Positions 8,652 through 18,117 are shown, counted from the stretch's first letter. The stretch is DNA of 64,000 nt from an uncultured Thermoanaerobaculia bacterium (GCA_964423595.1 CAYRFI010000002.1:8567-72566); one strand, 5' to 3'. Made by a program: numbers and translations. Notes: generated by a model from the sequence alone, not told the origin.

Positions 8652-9575
8652 ATGACTCGCATCAGCAACATTCTGCTCATTTCAGCCTTGATATTCGGGC
8701 ACGTCGCGTCGGCGCAGACGGTCACGGAAACCGCTTCACCGCCCGCCCAAATCGCGGTCAGCCCCTCCAAGTTCGAGGTCGTCATCGGCCCGAAACCTGC
8801 AGTCGAGTCGCTCCGGGTGTTCAACATGAGCTCCGACCCAGTCACCGTCTTGGTGAATGTGGCGACCTGGGATCTCGACGAAGACAGCAGAGTCCGGATT
8901 GTCGAACCCACCGAGCAGAGTCTTGACCAGTGGTTGGTCATCAACCCCCTCCAGTTCACGGTTGGGGGTGGCGAGTCGCAGGCGGTCCGATTCTCCATCA
9001 GACCGCGCGTCCAACCCGATCCGGGCGAACACCGGGCGATGATCTACCTGACCCAGCAGCCCCAGGAAGACACATCCGCGCCGGTCACGGTGCGCTTTCG
9101 GCTCGGGGTCGCCATATACGGCTATGTCGGTGACATCCGCCGGGTGGGGACGCTTCACGGAGTCACGATCGGTGAAGGATCGAACCCGATCAGCGCCGCG
9201 TTTGACATCGCCAGCGATGGAAACGCGCACATCCGTCTCCGTGGTCAGTACGCCGTGTGGCCGGCCGCAACCTACCCCGGGTGGGAGCGCACCGACGAAA
9301 TCCCCAAGCTCGAGCTCCCGAAAACCGTTGTCTCCGAACCGATCGTCGACGCGGGTTTTCTTCCGACGACTCCGGTGCTGGCCGGCACTCGCCGCGAGAT
9401 CGTCCTCCACATCGGAAAAACGCTGCCGCCCGGGAACTACGTGCTCGACCTCAACGGGCGCCTGGGTGACACCAGCGTCGATCGCGGCCTGCCCTTCACC
9501 GTGGCGCCGGTCCCACCCGCCGCCAACCCCCTCAGTGATGCACCGAAGGCCGTGGTTGAGAAATCACCTGAATGA
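8652..9575 (+). CDS. Periplasmic PapD-like chaperone candidate
   Basis: Signal peptide, then beta-rich pattern ISPSKFEVVIGP...LRVFNMSSDPVTVLVNV...LVINPLQFTVGGGESQAVRFSIRP. A second beta-rich lobe follows. ATGA overlap with the next gene. Confidence 0.5.
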   Translation: MTRISNILLISALIFGHVASAQTVTETASPPAQIAVSPSKFEVVIGPKPAVESLRVFNMSSDPVTVLVNVATWDLDEDSRVRIVEPTEQSLDQWLVINPLQFTVGGGESQAVRFSIRPRVQPDPGEHRAMIYLTQQPQEDTSAPVTVRFRLGVAIYGYVGDIRRVGTLHGVTIGEGSNPISAAFDIASDGNAHIRLRGQYAVWPAATYPGWERTDEIPKLELPKTVVSEPIVDAGFLPTTPVLAGTRREIVLHIGKTLPPGNYVLDLNGRLGDTSVDRGLPFTVAPVPPAANPLSDAPKAVVEKSPE

Positions 9576-12262
9576 CCCTATGCCTGCCGATCCGCTCGAG
9601 GCGCAACGGTCATTCTGCCGCGGGCTCGGCGTCTCGTCCCATGAGACCGCCGTGGTCGGCGTTGGCGCTAGCAGCGGTCCTTGCGACGACCTTAACCGCC
9701 GCCGCCGGCGGCGAAGTGCTCGCGATTGCCGCATCGGCCGCCGCCGCGGATCGAGCAACGGGCGCCATCGATATCGCGAGCACATCCGAGTGGGACAGGA
9801 TCTACCCAGAGAACACCATGATCGTCGGTGTGATCATCAACGGTATCGAGGCCGGGAATCTCGAGGTCATCCCTGACGGAGAACTCTTCATCATTCCCCT
9901 GAAGGCATTCGCCGAGATATCCGGGTGCAGCGTGGAGCTTTCCGACGGGTCGGTCCTGCTCGTAACGCCGCTCGGAGCGGTGGAGCTCACGCCGGACGAT
10001 CTGGTCGAGATTCGAGGAACCATCTACGTCACCGAGGAGGCAATCGAAACGAAGCTGGCTACGCCGGTGGAGTTCGACAGCAGCGAGTTCGCCCTTGTTT
10101 TTGATCTCCCGTGGCGCCGCAATCACGGCGAAGGCTCCAAGCTCGACACGGTGACCGTCGCTCCCGAGGCTACACCACCCGCCGCCAGCATTTCGACCTT
10201 GCGCTCGGACATTTTCTTCACCGATCTCGATGACCGCAGCTTCTACTCGACTTCGACTGTCGCGGATGGCCGTCTCGCGGGCGGGCGCTGGAGGATCCGT
10301 TACCTCGATGACCTCGCAGGTGGGCAGACGCTGCGGGAATATGCATGGCTCCGCACCTTTGACCGCAATCTGATGTTCATCGGACAGCAGACCCTCAACC
10401 TACACCCTGTCCTCCAGTCGTTCGAACTCACCGGCTATCAGCATGCATGGACAAATCAACCCCTCGATCTCTATTACGTCTCTCCTGAGCCGCGCGAGCT
10501 CCTCCCGCGGCGTCTTCAGCCTTCGATGTCATTCCGAGGGCCGGGACCGCCCGGAGGGTGGGCGGACCTTCAGATCGACGGCATCTTCATCTCCCGCCAG
10601 CCCATCGGTCTGGACGGGACCTATGAGTTCCTGGACGTACCTTTGGTGACACGGCAGCTCAGCACCATCGACGTCTACGTGTACGACCGTCACAACCCAG
10701 CCGTGCCGGTCGCGATTCATCAGCAGACCCAACCAATCTCGGAGTACATGCTCGGCCGGGGAGCGATCGTCCATATGGGCGGCATTGGCCGCGGCGGCAA
10801 TTTTTTCCAGGATCTCATCGACCAACGGCTGGATTCCGAGTTCGCCGGTTTCTACCAGTGGCGGTGGGGTATGACGGACAACCTGACTCTGGAGGCCGCG
10901 GCGCAGGAGGATGCGGGCCATCGTCAGGTCATGGGGGGCTTCGTCGCGCGCCTTTTCGGCAACACCGTCGTGTCGCTTGGCGCCGGCGTCGCCAATGGTC
11001 GCGCAATCGGCTACGATCTGAACCTCGAGCACTATCAGGCACGGAGGAGGATCCTTGCACGGTCGCAGATCTTCCAGCCCGGCTACCGGAGCGACGGTTC
11101 GCTCGCCAGCCACGACCACTATCTCGAAATCGGGTACGCTCCCCATCGCAACCTGGATGTGTCCTTGATCGGACGCAGCCGCGGCATCGGTCCAGACGAG
11201 GTGGACTACATCCTCCCGGCCCTCTCCTGGTGGCCCGACTCACGTCTGTCGTTGCGGGCGCGGCCGGACGCCCTCGGCGACTATCGATTCGACCTCTTCT
11301 ACCGGTTCGGGCGAACCGCGCGGTTGACAGTCAGTCACCAGGACAGGACGTTTACCGACCTCAGCGTCGCCACCGGCCGGAGAACCCGGCTTTCCCTCGG
11401 CGGGGAACACGGTGGAGGGGCGGCGGACCAATACCATGCCATCCTGAGTTGGAACGGCAAGGGGCGCCGGCAGCCGAGCTTCAATGCCGGCCTCTTGTGG
11501 GCTCACGGCAAGCCGGGGTTCCGGACCGGCGGCCAAGTCACCCTGGCGCCGGGGATTCTCGGGCGGATTGATGTGGAGAGCGATCCGGCGACGTTCGCCA
11601 CCATCGGCCGGCGAAGCACCAGGTTGGTCATTGGCGCTAACGTCGATCTCGCGTTCGCGCGTGGGCGCGTGGTCCCTGCCGGGTCATTCTCGCAGCGCGG
11701 CGATCGGGGTGCGATCGCCGGAAAGGTGATGGTCGACGCACCGATCGGCTTTACGAGCTATCGCCTCAACGACCTGGTGGTTCTCGTCAACGGCCAACCG
11801 GCAGGCCGAACAGTCTTCGGCGGGACCTACTTCATCGGCGGCCTCCAGCCCGGGATCTACAGGGTGACGTTGGACACCGAGAACCTGCCTCTCGAGCTCG
11901 TGCCGGTCGACGCCACGGTCGTCGTTGAGGTTGCCGCATCGGCGGTAACCAGCGGAGACCTCAGGGTCCGGCCCGAGTTCGGCATCGCCGGCAGATTGGT
12001 GGACGCCGCCGACCGCGCGGTCGCCGGCGCGCTGCTCGAGATCATCGACGGCAACGGATCGCGGGTCGGCGTGACCTCAACCGACCAATTCGGACTGTAT
12101 CGCTTCGATGGGCTCGGAATCGGTGCTTACTCCGTTCGCCCGGTGGCGGGCTCCTTTCCGGAGCGGGAGGCGGCGCTGCCGTCGATCGACGTCGAGATCA
12201 CCAATGATTTCCTATTCGGCCAGGATCTTCAACTCCCCTTTGAGCCGGCTGCCCAACAGTAA
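9572..12262 (+). CDS. Outer-membrane usher-like protein with C-terminal CarboxypepD_reg-like domains
   Basis: Usher-N-like IVGVIINGIEAGNLEVIPDGELFIIPLKAFAEISG. Plug-like ADLQIDGIFISRQPIGLDGTYEFLDVPL...IDVYVYD. Long beta-strand-like middle section. C-terminal GIYRVTLD and GLYRFDGLGIGAYSV. The signal peptide may start at the internal Met (9641). Confidence 0.5.
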   Translation: MTLCLPIRSRRNGHSAAGSASRPMRPPWSALALAAVLATTLTAAAGGEVLAIAASAAAADRATGAIDIASTSEWDRIYPENTMIVGVIINGIEAGNLEVIPDGELFIIPLKAFAEISGCSVELSDGSVLLVTPLGAVELTPDDLVEIRGTIYVTEEAIETKLATPVEFDSSEFALVFDLPWRRNHGEGSKLDTVTVAPEATPPAASISTLRSDIFFTDLDDRSFYSTSTVADGRLAGGRWRIRYLDDLAGGQTLREYAWLRTFDRNLMFIGQQTLNLHPVLQSFELTGYQHAWTNQPLDLYYVSPEPRELLPRRLQPSMSFRGPGPPGGWADLQIDGIFISRQPIGLDGTYEFLDVPLVTRQLSTIDVYVYDRHNPAVPVAIHQQTQPISEYMLGRGAIVHMGGIGRGGNFFQDLIDQRLDSEFAGFYQWRWGMTDNLTLEAAAQEDAGHRQVMGGFVARLFGNTVVSLGAGVANGRAIGYDLNLEHYQARRRILARSQIFQPGYRSDGSLASHDHYLEIGYAPHRNLDVSLIGRSRGIGPDEVDYILPALSWWPDSRLSLRARPDALGDYRFDLFYRFGRTARLTVSHQDRTFTDLSVATGRRTRLSLGGEHGGGAADQYHAILSWNGKGRRQPSFNAGLLWAHGKPGFRTGGQVTLAPGILGRIDVESDPATFATIGRRSTRLVIGANVDLAFARGRVVPAGSFSQRGDRGAIAGKVMVDAPIGFTSYRLNDLVVLVNGQPAGRTVFGGTYFIGGLQPGIYRVTLDTENLPLELVPVDATVVVEVAASAVTSGDLRVRPEFGIAGRLVDAADRAVAGALLEIIDGNGSRVGVTSTDQFGLYRFDGLGIGAYSVRPVAGSFPEREAALPSIDVEITNDFLFGQDLQLPFEPAAQQ

Positions 12263-12478
12263 CCACGCGGTCGAAGGCGGCGCTGGCCGCCCTGGTCCCG
12301 GCCACCCTCCATCCCGCATATCTCCGACTTTCTGGTGCGGCCGCGGGGCCGGCGCGATACGCGGGCTGTCTCTTGTTTCCATGTCTGATATCCGGACACA
12401 CCGGCGAGCGCAGGAAATTCCCTCGCAGGTTCCCTTTTCATGCGGGTTTTCGTCCGGACGGCACCGCTGACTCACTCC

Positions 12479-12501
12479 GAGTGTCCTGATTCCAGACACT
12501 C
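12479..12501. promoter_or_regulatory. Candidate enhancer (UAS) palindrome GAGTGTC-N9-GACACTC
   Basis: Perfect 7-bp inverted arms. The core GTGTCCTGATTCCAGACAC is centred about 87 bp upstream of the GG of the 12576 promoter, the same geometry as 6351-6369. Confidence 0.5.
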
Positions 12502-12575
12502 TTCGAGATCCTTGTCGTTTTTAGGACTGAACCATAAAGCATTCATATCCTTATATTTAACGATTCTCGCAAAGT

Positions 12576-12591
12576 TGGCATCGTTGTTGCT
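12576..12591 (+). promoter_or_regulatory. Sigma-54 (-24/-12) promoter P3
   Basis: TGGCAT-CGTTG-TTGCT with exact spacing. RBS AAGGAGG 12607-12613 and ATG 12619 follow. Confidence 0.8.
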
Positions 12592-12618
12592 CTAGTCCTC
12601 AGCAGTAAGGAGGCCGCC

Positions 12619-13053
12619 ATGAAACGCTTCGTCGCCCTTTTCGCCCTGATCGCCCTCGTAACCCTGTCCGCCTGCTCGTCCGCTTCGTGGCTCTCCCGCG
12701 AGGAACAAGCCTGGAATAACTACCAGGAACGGCACGGTCTGAAACAGGGTGACGCCCTGTCGCCGGATGACTGGGATGCCCTGCTCCGCTGTGCCCGCCT
12801 GTACGCGGTCAACAAGACACCGACCATCTCCGAGATCCAGAAGACCGCGGAGTGGATCGCTCTGTATCACCACTGGGGCACCTTCCACGAGCGCCTCGAG
12901 ATGCTGGAAAAGCCGATCACAACCGCCGATCGTCTCTACCTCGCAGAACTGGCAGTGGCGATCTCATCGCGTCTCACGACCGACCCCGGCAGCGCCCATC
13001 TCGCCGATCAGCCGGTGCGCAGTGCAGCCATGACTGAACTCATCTCCGACTGA
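12619..13053 (+). CDS. Lipoprotein, unknown function (last gene of sigma-54 cluster)
   Basis: Lipobox LVTLSAC after a hydrophobic signal. 144 aa. Confidence 0.65.
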   Translation: MKRFVALFALIALVTLSACSSASWLSREEQAWNNYQERHGLKQGDALSPDDWDALLRCARLYAVNKTPTISEIQKTAEWIALYHHWGTFHERLEMLEKPITTADRLYLAELAVAISSRLTTDPGSAHLADQPVRSAAMTELISD

Positions 13054-13073
13054 TTTTCAGCGAACCCGTCAGG

Positions 13074-13105
13074 GCCGCGGCTCATCCCCTCGGGGAGGCC
13101 GCGGC
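13074..13105. terminator. GC-rich stem-loop between convergent genes
   Basis: GCCGCGGC ... GCCGCGGC 8-bp stem enclosing an inner CCCC-TC-GGGG stem. No clear T-tract. Confidence 0.4.
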
Positions 13106-13159
13106 TTCGTCGTCTCCAGCTCCCCTTCGAGGCGAGGTCGTGCGGTCGCCCGCCTCCGT

Positions 13160-14056
13160 TCAAACCACAACGGGCGGCGGCGACAGCGGCAACAGGACCT
13201 CGATGCACAACCCACCGTCGCCGGCCGTATAGCCGGTTATCTGACCACCGAGACCGTGGACGATCTCGACGGCGTTTCCCGGGAGGTCCGCTCCACGCGG
13301 CAACTCCTCAGTGCGGTCGCCTCCGCGATCGCTCGCCCGATTGATCAAGTCCTCGGCATCCTCCCCTACGGCCCACGCCACCGCGAGTAACAGGCACGAA
13401 CCGGCGATACCAGGGCCGGATCGGTCGCCACCCTCGATATCCGTCACGTTGAGGGTCACCGACAGAAGGCCTCCTCCCTCTGTGAGGGTCGTCGCAGCGC
13501 AGTCGAGCAGGGACATGACCAACTGATAGGCCTTGATAGGATCCACGACGATGGCGGGAGCGCTGGCGGTCACGTTTTGGCGCACCTTCACGTTGTCGCC
13601 GAGCGACGCTCTGGCCAGCTTGACGCCTTCCTTGACCACGGGGTGCAGTGGGATGGGCGGTGGCCCACCGCCTGCGCTGCGGGCGGCATACAGGACCATC
13701 GCGGTGAGATCCTTCGCGCGGTCCACCGCTTCATCGATTGACCTGAGCCTGGCTTGCATCGGATCCCCGTCCCCCAGGTTGAGGCGCGCCAGCTCGGCTG
13801 ATCCTCTGATAACAAACAGGAGATTGTTGATCTCGTGGGCCACTGCGGCCGCGAGGTGGCCGATGATGACCATCGAACCGACGTCGCTCCCACGGGCCGC
13901 CGAGGCCTCCTCCCAGGCTTCCAACACCCGGCGTAGATCTGCAACCGCCGCGAGGGCCTCATCGACGCCGGCGCCTCCACTCGCCTTCAGCGCTGCAACG
14001 GCGGTGTCCACCCGCGCCAGAGGCTGCCTCCATCCGTCGTGCTTCGAGACCATCAC
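13160..14056 (-). CDS. Histidine-kinase-like protein with intact DHp His box but degenerate ATPase domain
   Basis: H-box IIGHLAAAVAHEINNLLFVIRGSAEL. The C-terminal region is HATPase-like in length and pattern, but I cannot find N-box Asn or DxGxG boxes. Start overlaps the upstream stop (GTGATG). Confidence 0.7.
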   Translation of the reverse strand: MMVSKHDGWRQPLARVDTAVAALKASGGAGVDEALAAVADLRRVLEAWEEASAARGSDVGSMVIIGHLAAAVAHEINNLLFVIRGSAELARLNLGDGDPMQARLRSIDEAVDRAKDLTAMVLYAARSAGGGPPPIPLHPVVKEGVKLARASLGDNVKVRQNVTASAPAIVVDPIKAYQLVMSLLDCAATTLTEGGGLLSVTLNVTDIEGGDRSGPGIAGSCLLLAVAWAVGEDAEDLINRASDRGGDRTEELPRGADLPGNAVEIVHGLGGQITGYTAGDGGLCIEVLLPLSPPPVVV

Positions 14057-16755
14057 TCCCCCGTTGACGCCAGCGCCTGGCGAACGGCGCCGGCGAGCTG
14101 CGCCACCGTGAAGGGTTTGGCGATGAACGACGTTCTCTCGGCCGTCTCCAACAGGTCCCGGAGCGCCTCGTCCGTGTAGCCGGAAGAGAACAGAAAGGCG
14201 AGCCGTGGCTTCTTCGCGCGAACGCGTTCCATCAGCTCACGCCCGCCGATCGACGGCATCACGACATCACTGATCACGAGGTCGATCTCGACGTCTTGCC
14301 GCAACACCTCGAGGGCTTGCCTCCCGTTCGTGGCCTCGATCACCGCGTATCCGAGCGCCTCGAGCATGCCGACAATCGCTGATCGGACCGCCTGCTCGTC
14401 CTCCACCACAAGGATTGTCTCATCGCCACCTTCGGCCTCCCTGTCCCCCGAGTCGCTCTTTTTGCGGACCGGCCCGGTCGCAACGGGGATGAAGACATCA
14501 AACCTGGTACCCTCCCCGGGAGAGCTCCGAACGTCAATGAACCCCCCGTGCTGTTTGACGATGCCATAAACGGTCGCCAACCCCATTCCGGTGCCTTTTT
14601 CCTTGTCTTTGGTCGTGTAGAACGGTTCGAAGACATGGGTCAGGGTCGTTGCATCCATGCCAGAACCGTCATCCTCAACCGAAACGCAAACATAGGTTCC
14701 ATCCGCTACACCGGGTCGGCCCAACCCGGATTCCTCGACGAACACCCGCTCCTCGACTCCAATCTCGATCTTTCCGCCCTCAGGCATCGCATCGCGAGCA
14801 TTCACGACCATGTTCAGAAGAACCTGGCCCAGCTGTCCGCGGTCGGCGCGAACGGTCGGCACGCTTTCCCCATCCCGAAGCGTGAGCTCGATGTTCTCCG
14901 GTATCACCCGGCGAAGGATCTCAAGCTCATCCGTCAACAGCGCCTTGAGGTCCAGCGCCTGCATCTCGAGAAGCTGCTGGCGCGCGATCGCCAACAGGTG
15001 TCGGGTCAGCTCCGCTCCGCGTTTGACGGTTTCGCGGATCACCTTGAACTCGCCAAGCTCTTCGCCGGCCTGGGGATAGCAGAGCCGCAGCAGTTCGGCC
15101 GAGCCCGAAATCGACATCAAAAGGTTGTTGAAGTCGTGAGCGATCCCGCCGGCGAGCTGGCCCAGCGCCTCGAGCTTCTGCACCTGCGCCAACTGTTGTT
15201 CCAGCCTCCGTCGCTCGCTGATGTCGATCAAGCTGCCCTCGATGATCGACGGATGGCCGCGATCGTCTTCGATCAGGCTCGCGCTCAGGACAACGGTCAG
15301 CGGCTCACCGTCCCGCCGCCTCATCGGAACCTCCCAGCCAATCACCGATCCGTTGTTGGCAAGCTCGTCGAGGAACCGCTGCCGATCCTCGGGCGACCCA
15401 TAGAGGAGAGTGACTTCGACGCCCAGGACCTCCTCCGGCGAGCCGAAACCGAACATTTTCGCCACCGCCATGTTGCAGCTCAGGAGCCGCCCGTCGATGG
15501 TCGAGCGAAACACGCCGGCGACGTTTCGTTCGAAGAGCTGGCGGTACCGCTCCTCACTCGCCGCCAGTGCCGACTCCGCCTTCTTGCGTTCGGTGATGTC
15601 GGTCAGGGCTCCGACGATCGAGACGGTCCTGCCGTCCTCCACCATCGGGGCCTCGCGAACTTCGACCCACACCAAACGGCCGGTTTTAGACCGCAGCTCG
15701 AGCTCGTACGGCGGCTGCCGCTCACCGGTGGCTATGGCTGTCCGGGTGAGCTCGTAACCACGTTCATTGAGCGGATTGTCGGTCAAGAAATCGATCCAGT
15801 TTCTCATCGCCTCCTCGGGCTCGCAGTCGAGGATCTCGCGACATTGCGGACTCAGGTAAGTCAGCACGTTGTCTGCGCCGTGCGAGTAGAAGAGATTGGT
15901 GCTGTGTTCGACGATGTTCCGCAAGCGCTCCTCGCTCTCCCGCACCGCATCCTCGGCGAGCCGTGCTTCCGTGATGTCCTGGGCGACGCCGACCACCTGC
16001 TGAATCTCGCCGGCGTCATTTGCGACGGCAAAGCCCCGATCGCGGATCAGCCGCACTCGGCCGTCCGGACGCACGATCCGGTACTCCTCGGCATAGGCAC
16101 CGGACTCCGCCAGTCGAGCGAAGGCCTCGTTTGTGCACCGCCGGTCGTCCGGATGGACGTACATGACCCAGCCCGACGGATTCTCGTACAGATCTTGGGG
16201 GTCGAGACCCCACACCCGTTCATACGCCGGGCTGGCGTAGACGACCATGCGAGTCTTCCAGTCGACCACCCAAAACACATCGTCGAGGGTCTCGAACAAT
16301 CGACGGTAGGTGCGATCACTGCGGCGCAGCGCAGCCTCGGCCTCAGCTAGCCGGTTTTCGGTCCCGACCTCGGTCAGAACCCACCGAACGGTCCTGGGGA
16401 GGCCGCCCAGCAGGCCTTCGTCTTTGACGATGTAGTCTCTGGCGCCGAGCCGCATCATCTCGACCGCCACGCGCTCGTCACCGTGAGCGGTCATGACGAT
16501 GAACGCCGGAAGGTCTCCACGTCGGTCGAGAGCCCCGATGATGTCACGCCCATTCTCCTCCCCGAGAATGAGATCGAGCACCATCAGGGAGGGGGCGCTC
16601 TCGGCGACCGCATCGAGGGCCGACGCCACCGAATGGACGGCCGCAACGCGGTAGCCTTCAAGCTCCAGTCTCATGCTCACGAGCCCGGCGAGGTCCTCGT
16701 CGTCCTCCACCACGAGAACGAGTGGCGTGATGCCGGCCGGGTCGTTCTCACGCAT
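14053..16755 (-). CDS. Hybrid sensor kinase (REC - 3x PAS - HisKA - HATPase - REC)
   Basis: N-terminal REC LVLVVEDDEDL...LMVLDLIL, PAS repeats, H-box GGIAHDFNNLLMSISGSAELL, G-boxes DDGSGM and GTGMGLATVYG, C-terminal REC ILVVEDEQAV...DLVISDVVMPSIGG. Start at ATG 16755. Confidence 0.9.
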   Translation of the reverse strand: MRENDPAGITPLVLVVEDDEDLAGLVSMRLELEGYRVAAVHSVASALDAVAESAPSLMVLDLILGEENGRDIIGALDRRGDLPAFIVMTAHGDERVAVEMMRLGARDYIVKDEGLLGGLPRTVRWVLTEVGTENRLAEAEAALRRSDRTYRRLFETLDDVFWVVDWKTRMVVYASPAYERVWGLDPQDLYENPSGWVMYVHPDDRRCTNEAFARLAESGAYAEEYRIVRPDGRVRLIRDRGFAVANDAGEIQQVVGVAQDITEARLAEDAVRESEERLRNIVEHSTNLFYSHGADNVLTYLSPQCREILDCEPEEAMRNWIDFLTDNPLNERGYELTRTAIATGERQPPYELELRSKTGRLVWVEVREAPMVEDGRTVSIVGALTDITERKKAESALAASEERYRQLFERNVAGVFRSTIDGRLLSCNMAVAKMFGFGSPEEVLGVEVTLLYGSPEDRQRFLDELANNGSVIGWEVPMRRRDGEPLTVVLSASLIEDDRGHPSIIEGSLIDISERRRLEQQLAQVQKLEALGQLAGGIAHDFNNLLMSISGSAELLRLCYPQAGEELGEFKVIRETVKRGAELTRHLLAIARQQLLEMQALDLKALLTDELEILRRVIPENIELTLRDGESVPTVRADRGQLGQVLLNMVVNARDAMPEGGKIEIGVEERVFVEESGLGRPGVADGTYVCVSVEDDGSGMDATTLTHVFEPFYTTKDKEKGTGMGLATVYGIVKQHGGFIDVRSSPGEGTRFDVFIPVATGPVRKKSDSGDREAEGGDETILVVEDEQAVRSAIVGMLEALGYAVIEATNGRQALEVLRQDVEIDLVISDVVMPSIGGRELMERVRAKKPRLAFLFSSGYTDEALRDLLETAERTSFIAKPFTVAQLAGAVRQALASTGE

Positions 16756-17109
16756 TGCCCTGCCGGCCGTTCGAAATGTCCCGTACGCCCAAATCGGGTC
16801 GAACCGACCACAAGCGGCCGCCGCTCCGAGCGAATATTCCGGAACGCTCCGATGTCTCGCGACGGTCCCCTGCCTGGGATTCGGTCGCAACCATCAGCAC
16901 CAACGCCTCCCTCGGTTGTCGGCCCGGTGGAAAGGTCATCACAGCCAGGTGCTCGAGATCCTCGCCCGGGCGCCAACGTCCATCCCGAAATCGAGGTTAC
17001 CACAATCGTGTTCGGACTCTTCTCAGTCCTTGAAGCCAATTCGGCGGTGTTAACGGGACACCTGATTGGTCGAAAGGAGGCTTTTGGTAAACTTGAAACG
17101 AGGTTCGGA

Positions 17110-18099
17110 ATGGCTGATTGCATCGGAAAAGTGCTGGCGATCGATGACGACCCGGCGGTTCTCGAAACACTCGCCGGCACTCTCGGCCAGCTCGGTTACG
17201 ACGTGTTGCAGAGCACAGAAGGGATCGAGGGCTATCGTCTCGCGGTCAAACACCGGCCGGATGTCATCCTTCTTGATGTCGTGATGCCGGACGCGGACGG
17301 CTTCGAAGTCTGCCACATGCTCAAGGACAACCCGGACACGGCGCTCATACCGGTAGTGTTTCTGACCGGCCACGGCTCGCGGGAGGCGAGGATCAACGGC
17401 CTTGACGTCGGCGCCACCGATTTCCTGGGCAAACCGAGCGACCTGGCGGAGCTCGAGGCCCGGGTGCGGAACCTCGTGGCATTTCGCCGCCTGACCCTCG
17501 ATTTTATCTCGGCCGAGGAAATGATCTTTACCTTCGCCAAGCTGATGGAGGCGCGCGACCGCGATACAGGCGACCACTGCGCACGCCTTGCCGAGCTGAG
17601 CGTCGAACTTGGCCAGAGGCTCGGACTCGTGGAGGACGATCTCAAGGCATTAAACCGTGGCGGCTACCTGCACGACATCGGCAAAATCGGCATTCCCGAC
17701 GCGGTCCTCCTCAAGCCTGCACAGCTCGAGCCCGAGGATTGGGCGATCGTCAAGCGCCACCCGGAGATCGGATACGAGATATGCCGGCCGATGAGCAGCT
17801 TCGAGCCGGTTCTACCCCTGATCCGTCACCACCACGAGCGGCAAGACGGCTCGGGTTATCCGGACGGGCTCGCGGGCGACCGAGTCCCGTTGATCGCACG
17901 AGTGTTTCAGGTCGTCGACATCTTCGACTCCCTGGTCAACACACGACCGTACCGAGAGGCGATGCCCGCAACCCAGGCGATCGAGATCCTTCGCGATGAG
18001 ACAAGGCGCGGCTATTGGGACGAGGTGATCGTCGAGGAGTTCGTGGCCATGATCTCCGAGAGCGAGCAACTGTCGCATGCCGACGCGGATGCGGTGTGA
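17110..18099 (+). CDS. Response regulator with HD-GYP domain (c-di-GMP phosphodiesterase type)
   Basis: REC VLAIDDDPAV...VILLDVVMPDADG, then HD (YLHDIGKIGIPD) and HHHERQDGSGYPDGL. The tracked ORF from 16483 is an antisense-derived extension. Confidence 0.85.
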   Translation: MADCIGKVLAIDDDPAVLETLAGTLGQLGYDVLQSTEGIEGYRLAVKHRPDVILLDVVMPDADGFEVCHMLKDNPDTALIPVVFLTGHGSREARINGLDVGATDFLGKPSDLAELEARVRNLVAFRRLTLDFISAEEMIFTFAKLMEARDRDTGDHCARLAELSVELGQRLGLVEDDLKALNRGGYLHDIGKIGIPDAVLLKPAQLEPEDWAIVKRHPEIGYEICRPMSSFEPVLPLIRHHHERQDGSGYPDGLAGDRVPLIARVFQVVDIFDSLVNTRPYREAMPATQAIEILRDETRRGYWDEVIVEEFVAMISESEQLSHADADAV

Positions 18100-18117
18100 C
18101 GTCCCCTCCCCTTTGTG

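Noticed and set aside
12313-12395. Possible degenerate MITE copy downstream of the usher-like gene: CCCGCATATCTCCGAC (12313-12328) with GTCTGATATCCGG (12383-12395).
   Set aside because: The left end matches the IS terminus well, but the proposed right end matches only about 10 of 13 positions with no subterminal similarity. It may be a relic, but evidence is insufficient to annotate it.
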